Below, piece by piece: positions 9,825-19,784 of a stretch of 64,000 nt of DNA (within the stretch, counting starts at the first letter, position 1; each line of letters begins with the position of its first letter). A program made the translations under genes and the position numbers. A model generated the notes under the pieces. That model saw only the letters and a program-made list of their open reading frames with translations, had not been told where the DNA came from and made no database searches. Source of the stretch: Candidatus Hermodarchaeota archaeon (lineage in GTDB: Archaea > Asgardarchaeota > Hermodarchaeia > Hermodarchaeales > Hermodarchaeaceae); contig JAEOTO010000031.1 in assembly GCA_016839805.1 (NCBI GenBank), forward strand, positions 160,001 through 224,000, written 5' to 3'.

Positions 9825-10613
9825 TTAGTGTTGTGTAACTCTGGGTGGATAGACCTTCCGTGCGGAGGTTACATAACCTGTGTGTCCGATCATCCGAGTT
9901 GCTGGCCGAGTTTTTCCTGGTCGAACGAGGATTTCTCGTTCAATAAGCTCACGGGTTACAATCTCAGTGAAATGTGATGCATACAGGGCTTCTACGGTTC
10001 GTTGTGTCTGTTCGATGGTCGGTGAAAAGGAGACAATGACACCACCACCCCGTAATGCGTTATAGGCGTGGGGGACCACATCCCAAGGTACAGCTAAATC
10101 AAGGACCACTGAATCGACATTCTTTTCTGTAATTCCTTCAAGGATATCCTGTTGTTTCACGGTTACGATTCCCTTTAATCCTGCCTTCTCAAGATTGTTT
10201 ATGGCTACTTCTGCAAAGTCTTCACGAATTTCATAGGAGATTACTCCACCGTTTGGTGAAACATGATACCCGATGAGAGAGGCAAGGGCACCACTACCCG
10301 TTCCTGCCTCCACGACAGTTGATCCTGGACCAATTCCAGCTAAGAGAAGGATCAATCCTGCATCCTTAGGATACACGATATTGGTTTGTCGTCCCATTTT
10401 GATAGCCTTGTCTCGGGGCAAGGGAGGTAAAGCTGCGATTTTGGTTCCCAGACTAGTTGTGGCAAAGCTCCCAAATTGTTGGCCAATGACCTCGTCAAAA
10501 TTTAAAATCCCACGATGTAGATGAAAGGATTTTCCTGCCTCTACCCGGAGGAGCCAGTGGCGTCGTGAATCCAAATAAAAGAGAACTTGATCGCCATCAC
10601 AAATTTTGGTCAT
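9825..10613 (-). CDS. trmI: tRNA (adenine-N1)-methyltransferase TrmI/Gcd14
   Basis: IVYPKDAG, EAGTGSG, LDLAVPW, FSPTIEQ, HTGY. Confidence 0.93.
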   Translation of the reverse strand: MTKICDGDQVLFYLDSRRHWLLRVEAGKSFHLHRGILNFDEVIGQQFGSFATTSLGTKIAALPPLPRDKAIKMGRQTNIVYPKDAGLILLLAGIGPGSTVVEAGTGSGALASLIGYHVSPNGGVISYEIREDFAEVAINNLEKAGLKGIVTVKQQDILEGITEKNVDSVVLDLAVPWDVVPHAYNALRGGGVIVSFSPTIEQTQRTVEALYASHFTEIVTRELIEREILVRPGKTRPATRMIGHTGYVTSARKVYPPRVTQH

Positions 10614-10729
10614 AGTACCTTCACCAGTTTGCCTAGTTCAACGTCCCTTTTCAGCCTTCTGCAAGAAAAAGGAAGTTACATTCAACAGAACCCCAAGGCT
10701 CAAATTTTACCTCCACCTAAAGATCTTAG

Positions 10730-11785
10730 ATGTCTAAGTCTAAACTAGAACCCAGTCCATGCATTCGTCCTGCACTTCAAAATGAAAAAATCGATTTAGA
10801 CACGGTGCAATGCGGAGTCTGTGAACGCCACTGTAAGATCTCTCCCCAGCAACGTGGTTATTGCGGTGCACGAGAAAACATGAATGGCGAGTTGTTTGTA
10901 CTCACCTATGGGGATATTAGTTCCATTAGTGCGAATCCCATTGAAAAGAAACCATTCTTCCATTTTCATCCAGGTACACGAGCTCTTACTATTGGAAGTT
11001 GGGGATGTAATTTTGCTTGTCCTTGGTGTCAAAACTGGAGTATTAGCAAACGTAAAGCCAATCCAAAAGAATGCAATTACCTGTCCCCTGTGCAATTCAT
11101 TAATGAGATCCAACGCAGAAACTGCCAAGGCACAAGTTTCTCCTTCAATGAGCCCACGACCGTCTTCTTTGAATACGCACTGGATGTTATGCCACTTGCG
11201 CACAAGTTTGGTTACTACAACACTTTTGTCTCCAATGGGTATATGACACCGAGCACCCTGCAACGATTAGCCGAAGCTGGACTCGATGCCATAAACATCG
11301 ATATCAAAGGCTGTCGATTGCCCATTCAGAAATTTTGTCAAATCGACATCGAGAAAGTATGGAATAGTGCCCGACTCGCCAAAGAACTTGGAATTTGGGT
11401 TGAGATTACAACGTTAGTAATCCCTGGGGTCAATGATTCCACGCAATGCCTTTCACGCATAGCGCATCGTATCCACGATGAACTTGCTGCAGATGTGCCC
11501 TGGCATATAAGTGCCTTCCATCCCGCCTACAAAGCCTCTCAATTAGGATTAACAACACCTACTCCCACCACAACTCTAGAGCATGCACATTCGCTAGGAC
11601 GAAAGGCAGGACTGAAATACGTCTACCTGGGAAATGTTCCCAATCACCGAGCCGAAAATAGTTATTGCCGGAAATGTGGGACACTCCTCATTCAACGACG
11701 AGTCTATAACATTTCCCTCGCCCAACTTGACAAAAAGGGACAGTGTATGGACTGTGGCACATTCAATCATTTCATTTTCTCTTAG
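10730..11785 (+). CDS. amrS: AmmeMemoRadiSam system radical SAM enzyme
   Basis: PIEKKPFFHF.PG, GCNFACPWCQNW, YLGNV, C-terminal CxxC pairs. Confidence 0.88.
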   Translation: MSKSKLEPSPCIRPALQNEKIDLDTVQCGVCERHCKISPQQRGYCGARENMNGELFVLTYGDISSISANPIEKKPFFHFHPGTRALTIGSWGCNFACPWCQNWSISKRKANPKECNYLSPVQFINEIQRRNCQGTSFSFNEPTTVFFEYALDVMPLAHKFGYYNTFVSNGYMTPSTLQRLAEAGLDAINIDIKGCRLPIQKFCQIDIEKVWNSARLAKELGIWVEITTLVIPGVNDSTQCLSRIAHRIHDELAADVPWHISAFHPAYKASQLGLTTPTPTTTLEHAHSLGRKAGLKYVYLGNVPNHRAENSYCRKCGTLLIQRRVYNISLAQLDKKGQCMDCGTFNHFIFS

Positions 11786-11862
11786 GAGCGCATAAGACAC
11801 TGGATTTGAGAGGAAACGCTTAAGGGCACTCTTGATATTGTCGATAGTAAGGAGGAAGAAGT

Positions 11863-12858
11863 GTGGAAGCTGTACAGCCTAAAGAAACCATGACAGCATT
11901 AAAGTGCCAATCCTGCAACGCTCCTCTCACCGTTAGCCCTGATGATGTTGTAATCGTTTGTGGTTTTTGTGGTTACACATCAACTATCGAGGGTGAGAAA
12001 ATTGAGAATCATTTCGTCTTGGAACCAACGATAGATAGTGCAGACGTTCGAGAGAAAATCACTAATTGGGTGGGTCGGGGTGGAAAAGCCCAAGTGACCG
12101 AAGCGATCCTGCGATTCGTTCCCTTCTGGGTCGAGTCAATGCACGCCTATACACATTATGAAGGATACAAAAAACACACCGAAACCGAATATTACACCGA
12201 CTCTCAAGGTAAACGTCGTTCCCGCACCAAAATCGAATATGAACCGATTACCGGGGACTTTAATGAAAATCGTTCAGTTAACGTACTTTGCCGACGGGGC
12301 GCCACCTTCTATAGCCAAGATGAGCTGGATAAGGCACTTCACGTGACTAAGAGGGAAATAAAGCCCTTTGATTATAACACAATTACTGCGGTTGAATCAA
12401 AACCCCTCTTCTTGAACAGCGAACTCACCGATGGAGACGCATATGAAATCGCTGAAACCTTCATTGAACAAGAACATCGTAGTCGCGCTGATTCGAAAGC
12501 AACAGAGATTTGGGATTGCCATAGCCGGATTGAAAAGACCGGTTCTTACTTGCTACATATCCCACATTGGCTTGTTCGCTACCAATTCGGTACCGAAACC
12601 TATCGGGTTGGCGTCGATGGACACACGAAAAAAGTTCTGAAAGGCGAAGTCCCTGTATCATCAGCTTTTCGTGGGGCAATGTATTTCATCAGCATTCTCT
12701 TTCTACTCATCGGAACAGTTGGCACCTATTTCATCGCGCAAATACTACAACCATATGATCTGACGTTTCTGTCACTAGCTATGGTTGTTGTGAGTCTAGC
12801 AGTTGCAGTTGTGGCGACTAACCAAACCTTCAAAATCAGTTCAGAGAAAGGCGACTGA
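11863..12858 (+). CDS. Zinc-ribbon protein with two C-terminal TM helices (YdjG-like)
   Basis: CQSCNAPL..CGFCG; FVPFW; IPHW; VDGHTKKVLKGEVP; two TM. Confidence 0.75.
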   Translation: MEAVQPKETMTALKCQSCNAPLTVSPDDVVIVCGFCGYTSTIEGEKIENHFVLEPTIDSADVREKITNWVGRGGKAQVTEAILRFVPFWVESMHAYTHYEGYKKHTETEYYTDSQGKRRSRTKIEYEPITGDFNENRSVNVLCRRGATFYSQDELDKALHVTKREIKPFDYNTITAVESKPLFLNSELTDGDAYEIAETFIEQEHRSRADSKATEIWDCHSRIEKTGSYLLHIPHWLVRYQFGTETYRVGVDGHTKKVLKGEVPVSSAFRGAMYFISILFLLIGTVGTYFIAQILQPYDLTFLSLAMVVVSLAVAVVATNQTFKISSEKGD

Positions 12859-12878
12859 AAAGAGAGAACGGAAATAAG

Positions 12879-13892
12879 GTGAAAAAAATGGCTAAGAAAC
12901 ACTGTCCAAATTGCGGGGGAGAACTTAACGTTCATCCCTCTGATGCAATTATTACCTGTTCATATTGCGGAACGTCCTTCACACCTGAAGGCTCAGAGAT
13001 GAAAGAACACTACGCGCTTCAAGTCAATTACACAGAACGTGACGCCCTTGACACGCTCAAAGCCTACCTAGTTAAGGTTCCTGGTGTTGATAATGAGTTA
13101 GCTCAAAAGATTTCGCTTGCAGATCTTTCAATGACCTATTATCCCTATTGGGTGTATACAGTTCAAGGTGACGTCTCTTATCGTGGAATCGATCGGAAAG
13201 CCTCCTTCAGAGGTCAATCCGGAGGTCGATATAATAGTATTCACTGGGAATGGGTTGCTGAATCTGGGCACCAAGAGCAAACTCGCCAAATCCGCCTTTA
13301 TGCTGGACCAAAGGTTCGCGGTGAAATTCAAAACTATCCTATTGCCACCAGATCCCGTCGATTCTTTAATCTTGAAGAGGCTAAAGAACATACTGCGAAT
13401 GTTCTGTTTTCCAAGGTGAGTGAAGACGCTGCACGACAGCAAGCAATTGCAACTACACGAAATCTCATCTACTCCCGCATCAGTCGCGAAACTGAACGCG
13501 TCGAAGATGCTCGTGAAACCTTCAACGTCACCGATCATGCCTACATTCATGTCCCAATCTATCACATCCGCTTCAACGTTGGGGGAGGCGGAAAAGCCTA
13601 TGAAGCCGCCATTGATGCGTCAAATGGTCGGGTTCTCTATTCAGAAATTCCCCGAACCACGGGATTCAAAATGAAGACTATTGGTTCAGCTATCATCTGG
13701 TTCGCTATAATGGGATTTGGAGCCATCATGACATACTTGGCATATGAGGGTTTCTCAATTCTGCCAATTCCAGGAATTGATCCACAATTCCTATTTTATG
13801 CTGGTATCGGACTCACGATAATTCCAGCAGCTCTGGGAATTATGACACTCTTCTTGGGATTCCGAGGAGTCACCGCTGAAAGAGCGAAGTAA
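12879..13892 (+). CDS. Paralogous zinc-ribbon/TM protein (YdjG-like)
   Basis: CPNCGG..CSYCG; YYPYW; VPIY; IDASNGRVL; two TM. Confidence 0.75.
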   Translation: MKKMAKKHCPNCGGELNVHPSDAIITCSYCGTSFTPEGSEMKEHYALQVNYTERDALDTLKAYLVKVPGVDNELAQKISLADLSMTYYPYWVYTVQGDVSYRGIDRKASFRGQSGGRYNSIHWEWVAESGHQEQTRQIRLYAGPKVRGEIQNYPIATRSRRFFNLEEAKEHTANVLFSKVSEDAARQQAIATTRNLIYSRISRETERVEDARETFNVTDHAYIHVPIYHIRFNVGGGGKAYEAAIDASNGRVLYSEIPRTTGFKMKTIGSAIIWFAIMGFGAIMTYLAYEGFSILPIPGIDPQFLFYAGIGLTIIPAALGIMTLFLGFRGVTAERAK

Positions 13893-14033
13893 TCTAGCAA
13901 ACTGCCTGGTAATTCAGATGCGAGTTCACCATTACAAAGAGCACATATGCTAAACAATCGATTCAAGAGCAGTAGCGAGATTTTATAAGCTTTCAATCCA
14001 ATGCCTAGATAGTGACCAACGAGGTGATTCCCG

Positions 14034-14579
14034 TTGGGAGATAAAGACAAACCATCTATCATGGAAAAAGTCGATGACGAACGCACTCTTACCCAGAAAA
14101 TTATGAAGTTAGTTCCCGGTTGGCGGGGATATCGTATCAAAGAAGAGCGGCGCAACGCTGACCGCATCCTCCGCGATCAAATTGTTAGTCGCTTACGCCG
14201 CAGCCAAGATAAAATTGAAGACATCCGTTCAGCAGTTGTTGATGCTGAACTTGAATCAATCTACAAGACTGTAGACTCACTCACTAGCCGTACCGAACGC
14301 CTCATCAGCCAAATCGAACACGCTGATTATGGTTACCGACCATTCTTTGATGCCATCAAAATCAAAGAAGACGACCTTATGAACATGCTTCGATATGACA
14401 CCTGGTTTGTAGACCAAGTTCAAGTCTTCGATCAGAGTTGCGATGATGTTTTGACTCTGGTTGAAGATGATTCGGATGAAGCAACAGGACATATCAAGGA
14501 TCTTCGAAAAATGGTTTCGGAAATGAACCGCAAGTGGAAGGATCGCGAGCAAGTAATTATGGGCGTTGAAGTAGTCTAG
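14034..14579 (+). CDS. All-helical hypothetical protein
   Basis: GGTGA SD plus TTG; VPGWRGY.IKEERRNADRILR, HADYGY.PFFD; charged helical pattern. Confidence 0.75.
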   Translation: MGDKDKPSIMEKVDDERTLTQKIMKLVPGWRGYRIKEERRNADRILRDQIVSRLRRSQDKIEDIRSAVVDAELESIYKTVDSLTSRTERLISQIEHADYGYRPFFDAIKIKEDDLMNMLRYDTWFVDQVQVFDQSCDDVLTLVEDDSDEATGHIKDLRKMVSEMNRKWKDREQVIMGVEVV

Positions 14580-14789
14580 ATTACTAGACTCTACCACGCT
14601 TCTTCGATATCCTTCCTTTTTCTCTCTTTTTCTTCCTGCTGAGTCAAGAAAAGATTATTTACCATAAATATTAGTTTCCTTTACGATCCAAGATCCTACT
14701 TTATATCTTCCCAAACTTCTATGATAATGAACGAATGATTAAATGAGAAATCATAGTTGAAAGATTGCTACACATGAGCTGGATAACCT

Positions 14790-16067
14790 ATGTCGGGCGC
14801 AAATTCCCTGATTGATAAAAATCTTACACGAGCTAGGCGTGTCATAAAATGGACGGCAATTGGTGTGATAGCCTTAGCAACGACATGGTTTATCATAGCT
14901 TTTCTATCCGGGAGCGTTGGACTATTAGCCAAAGGAATTGATTCTCTCTCAGATCTCATCGCCACAGTCACAGTATTTCTTGGTTTATGGCTTGCCCAAC
15001 GCGCCCCCAGCAAAAAATATCCCTACGGTTATTTTAAAGCAGAAACAATGGCAGCTCTGATTGTTGCAGTCTTTATCTTTATTACCGGATTGGGTGTGCT
15101 ATGGCAAGCCGTTCAACGTATTTTATTTCCAACTGAACTGAGTTTCATCGGTTTCGCTCTAGTGATTACCCTTGCATCAATTCCCATTATCTTTGTCATG
15201 GCTAGATACTTGAAAAAAGTTGGCAGGGAAACTGGAAGTACCGCCGTGTATAATAAGGGTCAGGAATTCCAAATTGATATTTTAGCCTCCATAGCAGTTA
15301 TATTCGGATTGATCTTCGCCTTTTTTGGATTGCCATGGATTGAGTCGATTGTGGGATTCATAATTGGTCTTTTTATCTTGAGAAGCAGTTTCCAGCTGGC
15401 GCATGAATCCGTACTAATTCTCATGGATGCAGGACAAGATCCCGAACAGATTAAAGCCATTGAACAACTCGCCTTACCTATCCTAGGCGTTCTCGGCGTT
15501 CATGCTATTAAGCTACGGAGAGCAGGACCAATTTGTTTTGGAGAGATGCATCTAGAAGTCGCTGGGAAAACAACCGTTCTTCAATCACATCTCCTTGCTG
15601 AAGAAATCTCCACACGAGTGAAAGAGGCATACCCTGATGTGCTTTCATTCCTTGTTCATGTTGAACCCGTTTTACCTACCACATTTCGCGTGGCATTCCC
15701 CGTTGACAATCCGGAAGCAACTCCGGACTCAAACCCAAACATGCACTTTGGATCAACCCCCTTTTTCATAGCCATGGATATTGACCGGCGGAAAATTGCA
15801 CTTTGGGAAGTAATGCCAAATCCCTCTGCAAAAGATAGTAAACAACGAGGGAAAAACACAGCACACCTCTTAATTGATGCCAAAGTTGAAATTGTATTTG
15901 CAGAGAAGATGGGTGAGACTCCGCTAAGCATCTTACGAAACCACCTCATACATGTTTATAAGCAAAACTCCCAAGCTAATTGCCGCAAGAACATAGAAGC
16001 ATTTCTTGAAGATGAGCTTCCACCTCTCAAAGCCAAAGAAATCACTGAAACTTCCATTAGACCATAG
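14790..16067 (+). CDS. Cation diffusion facilitator transporter fused to a NifB/NifX-like domain
   Basis: DSLSD, YPYGYFKAE, LRRAG; C-terminal HFGSTPFF, MG..P..IL. Confidence 0.88.
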   Translation: MSGANSLIDKNLTRARRVIKWTAIGVIALATTWFIIAFLSGSVGLLAKGIDSLSDLIATVTVFLGLWLAQRAPSKKYPYGYFKAETMAALIVAVFIFITGLGVLWQAVQRILFPTELSFIGFALVITLASIPIIFVMARYLKKVGRETGSTAVYNKGQEFQIDILASIAVIFGLIFAFFGLPWIESIVGFIIGLFILRSSFQLAHESVLILMDAGQDPEQIKAIEQLALPILGVLGVHAIKLRRAGPICFGEMHLEVAGKTTVLQSHLLAEEISTRVKEAYPDVLSFLVHVEPVLPTTFRVAFPVDNPEATPDSNPNMHFGSTPFFIAMDIDRRKIALWEVMPNPSAKDSKQRGKNTAHLLIDAKVEIVFAEKMGETPLSILRNHLIHVYKQNSQANCRKNIEAFLEDELPPLKAKEITETSIRP

Positions 16068-16195
16068 ACCGTTAGTATTCTCAACAGAAAAATGAGCCAT
16101 CAGAACAAAAGTCGTAAAGTTGAAAAGGCTTGGCACGAATGACATCCCAGACCTTTTATTAACTCCAGCCTGGATTTCCAGGGGGAGACAGAAAC

Positions 16196-17185
16196 ATGCC
16201 CGAAATAATTGAATGGAAGAAAATGCGCAAAGATGACCTCGTCTACAGGTGGCCTAATGACCTCGTGAAGTGGGGCAGCCAATGCCTGGTACGAGAAAAC
16301 CAAGCAGCCGTCTTCTATCGTGACGGAAAAGCCCTAGACGTAATGGGCGTTGGACGCCATACACTGACCACAGCAAACGTTCCTATCCTTACTGGTATTC
16401 TTCGCCGTATTGCTGGCTTTGACAAATCACCCTTCACTTCAGAAGTTGTCTTTCTCAACATGACCAAGTTCCAAGGTAAATTCGGAGGTAGAGGTCAAAC
16501 CCGAGATCTCGCTCCCCTGATGTTCCATGGCGAATTTTGGTTCGAAATCGACGATGCCCAAATCTTCGTTAACGAAGTCGTAGCAGGTGAAAACTATACT
16601 ACCCAGGACGTCACTAACTTCATCCGATCCAAATTCGTCGAACTTGCAATGGATGAACTTTCTGGCTATTCCCTTCAGAATGCGATGACCCGTCTTGATG
16701 AAACCAGCATGAAAACCAAAACCCGGTTATCCGATAAGTTCGAAGAATATGGCCTAAAGTTACTCGACATGGCATTCGCTGGAATGGACACATCACCTGA
16801 ATACCGTGAACGCCTCTTCTTTGCCGTCCAAGGTGTCAGTGGCCGAGAAGTACTCACCGCTGAAACCATGCGGCGAAGTGCAGAAGCCTTGGGTCAGGGT
16901 GGAGGATCCGCTGGCGCAGGAGCAGGTATCGTCCTCATCCCACAACTCGCTGAAATGATGCGGCAATCCCAGAAACCCCAAGAACAAGGTGTCACCCATG
17001 TAGCCTGTCCACACTGTGGAGCGGCAATGCCCCTAAAGGGTGGAAAACCACCGAAGTTTTGCAGCGAGTGCGGAAAGACGATTCGGAAGCAGGTGGATGA
17101 ACGAAGAAAAGCCAAGCAATTCTGCCCGAATTGCGGTGCACCCGCAAAGGGTAAATTCTGCGCTGAATGCGGAGAGAAACTTTAG
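16196..17185 (+). CDS. SPFH (band-7-like, YdjI-type) protein with C-terminal zinc ribbons
   Basis: GSQCLVRENQAAVFYRDGK..D..G.GRHTLTTANVP; CPHCG..FCSECG..FCPNCG..FCAECG. Confidence 0.88.
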   Translation: MPEIIEWKKMRKDDLVYRWPNDLVKWGSQCLVRENQAAVFYRDGKALDVMGVGRHTLTTANVPILTGILRRIAGFDKSPFTSEVVFLNMTKFQGKFGGRGQTRDLAPLMFHGEFWFEIDDAQIFVNEVVAGENYTTQDVTNFIRSKFVELAMDELSGYSLQNAMTRLDETSMKTKTRLSDKFEEYGLKLLDMAFAGMDTSPEYRERLFFAVQGVSGREVLTAETMRRSAEALGQGGGSAGAGAGIVLIPQLAEMMRQSQKPQEQGVTHVACPHCGAAMPLKGGKPPKFCSECGKTIRKQVDERRKAKQFCPNCGAPAKGKFCAECGEKL

Positions 17186-17196
17186 CTGTGTTGACC

Positions 17197-17231
17197 AGAG
17201 GGCGCTTTGCCCTCTCTTTCCTTTCTTTTTT
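17197..17231 (+). terminator. Hairpin plus pyrimidine tract
   Basis: AGAGGGC/GCCCTCT stem followed by CTTTCCTTTCTTTTTT. Confidence 0.6.
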
Positions 17232-17315
17232 ATAGTCAACGGTAGGAAATATTTTATTCAATTTTCGTTACAAAGGCTTTTACCTGATTAACCATCTAAT
17301 AGAATACAATAGGCT

Positions 17316-19634
17316 TTGGTGGCTAGAGGTATGAGACGAAACTTTGCGTTTGTATTAGTAGCACTACTTTTTGCTTTATCAGTCACGCCGCTAATGCTGA
17401 ATAATTTACAATTATTTAGCAAAGAACAAGAGAGTGCTCAAACAGCACTCTTGGCACCCAGTGGTCCAGATTTAATCCAAGCGAATTGGACACACAATCA
17501 TTTTCCAAATCCAGGTTTCGAAAACTGGTACTCAGTTTGGATTCCTGATGATGTGTATGGCACTACATCCAATGACTATTTAACGAATCCAGTAGGAGCT
17601 CCTCATCCCGTGAACGAAGGGTTGAAATCATTGATGATGCAGGGACGATCCCTGGATGGTCGGGCCTTAGAATTTGATGTGTATAATCCGAATCTGCATT
17701 TAGCGCAAGGTTTGGATAATCTAACGCTCCGTTTCGATTGGTGGGTGGATCAAAATATCGACGATGAGTTGGACCATGATAGGATTTACCTTAAACTTGA
17801 GTTCTACCCCGGTTGGAATATCTACTATTTTTTGAATGGCTCAGTAACTGCAGCTAATAGTACGAATAATGCCTATTTCTTCTTAGGTGGTTTAATTCAA
17901 CAATGGAATCAATTTAGCCGGAATATCACTCATGATATTCTCAGCGTTCCTGAATTTGGAGGAACTATTCCAAGTGGAAGCCAACTTGAAGAAGTGAAAT
18001 TTACGATTCGCATCCAAGGTGGAACCACTCAGTATGTACGAGCCTATTTTGATGATGTGCAACTTATCAATGCAACTAATGGGTATGAATGGATTAATGG
18101 AACAACCAGGAATGGTAATTTTGAAGGAATAGGCAGTTGGTTTCATTTCCCATCTGGAACTAATCCAGGTCTCCGGAGTCGAAGTTCATTGGCGCATTCA
18201 GGAAGTTGGAGTTTAAACCAAAGCGTTATTAGTTGGGGGAATAACAGCTGGTCACGTTCATCATATTCACCTGGAGTACGAGTAACACCTCAGAATCCAT
18301 CAGAGTTACGTTTTTGGTGGTACCTAGATGAAGTTCGTAACCCAACAGAGAATACGTACGCATACGTTGAAATCGAGTGTGTGAACTCAACAGCCGATTT
18401 TACTTTCATCTACTTTCTTAGCCATGGAGGAACCGTTCCTCATCCAACAATAATAACAGAATTTGAGCAGTATGTCTTTTATGCAGACAATTTTAATACC
18501 ACTGGATCCTGGCATTTGTTTAGTCTGGACCTTCTAACGCAGGCTGAACAACTTTTTACCACTGATGAAGTATTAGTCGAAAATATCCAATTCTACCTTC
18601 GAACAGAAGACACCCAGACCCGGATCGTTCTTCTCTTAGATGATGTCTCCCTAGTTGCCTCAGCAGTCAATGGGGCAGGGTTTGAGGACCAACGATCAGT
18701 TAGTGAACCAATTCGTGGATGGGGAGAAAATACTGAATACAACGAATTCACAGTGACATCCACCGCTTATGCCGGAACAAAGGCAGCAAATCTCACACTC
18801 AATGTAGGAGATAATCTGTATACCGATCAGGATGCCAATTATCGTCCTCTCAATGGAACCCGGGAAACTTACCTGGATATTATATGGCGACTTGATCAAT
18901 ACACGCTTGCTTCAGATAACTATGTGATTTTACGTTTGAGTTTTGATGACGAAAAAAGCATTAATTACATACTGATTCCTACTACACGATCCGGTCTTAC
19001 TAATGACAGTACGGAGACGTACTTCAATGTGACTGGGATTGGAACACTGAATACCTGGACTCAAATGCATCGAGATCTCGTTCATGACTATGAAGCAGCG
19101 TTTGGTGTGATTCCAAGTGTTCGATTAACTGAGTTCCAACTCGAATGTTCTTGTAATACGGGTACAGCTCTCACATTTCTCATGGATGACTTTTACCTCT
19201 ACGATGATCCAGCCCCCACTATTACTAATGTTTTACAAACTCCACAGGAGCCTTGGTTTTATGATAACGTGAGTATTGCAGCAGATGCTTTTGATCAAGA
19301 CTTGGAAACAGTTCTATTACTTTATCGCGTAGATGGCGGATCCTGGCAGTTAGAACCAATGATTCACCAAACAGGTGACACGTTCCATGCTATCATTCCT
19401 GTACAGCCAGCTTATGCAGTAGTAGAATACTATATCACAGCTAATGATTCCTGGGGCATGATTACAACACAAATGAATAACACCAATTACTACAGTTATA
19501 CTGTATTAGGTTTTTACACAGGACCGCCACCAATCCCCTGGGTACTCATCATTGGTGCAATAGTTGCAGTACTAATCATAGTGGTCATAATCATTGTATA
19601 TTACTTCATTCTCCGTCCCCGTCAACAAGAATAG
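17316..19634 (+). CDS. Secreted, C-terminally anchored surface protein with three CBM/galactose-binding-like repeats and an Ig-like domain
   Basis: Signal peptide; three repeats (N..FE; LRFxWWxD; Wxxxxxxl; DDvxL); many NxS/T sites; C-terminal TM. Confidence 0.75.
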   Translation: MVARGMRRNFAFVLVALLFALSVTPLMLNNLQLFSKEQESAQTALLAPSGPDLIQANWTHNHFPNPGFENWYSVWIPDDVYGTTSNDYLTNPVGAPHPVNEGLKSLMMQGRSLDGRALEFDVYNPNLHLAQGLDNLTLRFDWWVDQNIDDELDHDRIYLKLEFYPGWNIYYFLNGSVTAANSTNNAYFFLGGLIQQWNQFSRNITHDILSVPEFGGTIPSGSQLEEVKFTIRIQGGTTQYVRAYFDDVQLINATNGYEWINGTTRNGNFEGIGSWFHFPSGTNPGLRSRSSLAHSGSWSLNQSVISWGNNSWSRSSYSPGVRVTPQNPSELRFWWYLDEVRNPTENTYAYVEIECVNSTADFTFIYFLSHGGTVPHPTIITEFEQYVFYADNFNTTGSWHLFSLDLLTQAEQLFTTDEVLVENIQFYLRTEDTQTRIVLLLDDVSLVASAVNGAGFEDQRSVSEPIRGWGENTEYNEFTVTSTAYAGTKAANLTLNVGDNLYTDQDANYRPLNGTRETYLDIIWRLDQYTLASDNYVILRLSFDDEKSINYILIPTTRSGLTNDSTETYFNVTGIGTLNTWTQMHRDLVHDYEAAFGVIPSVRLTEFQLECSCNTGTALTFLMDDFYLYDDPAPTITNVLQTPQEPWFYDNVSIAADAFDQDLETVLLLYRVDGGSWQLEPMIHQTGDTFHAIIPVQPAYAVVEYYITANDSWGMITTQMNNTNYYSYTVLGFYTGPPPIPWVLIIGAIVAVLIIVVIIIVYYFILRPRQQE

Positions 19635-19704
19635 ACTCTAAAGTCCGTCCAGCCATGCTGGGCTTTTCCTCCCTTTTGTTAATCAGGGCTATCAAATGAA
19701 ATTG

Positions 19705-19741
19705 TCTAGATGAAAAGCTATACTTTTCAGGTTACTTAAAT
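19705..19741 (+). promoter_or_regulatory. Palindromic operator plus TATA, shared with the paralog promoter
   Basis: TGAAAAG-N5-CTTTTCA just before CTTAAATA; 29/37 identical to 22172-22208. Confidence 0.55.
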
Positions 19742-19784
19742 ACAGAGATTATACTGTAGATATTGAACACGTGTATCACTGAAA

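Noticed and set aside
14034-14579. Direct call as PspA/ESCRT-III
   Set aside because: Helical, but no recognisable PspA/Snf7 sequence pattern; kept only as a testable hypothesis.
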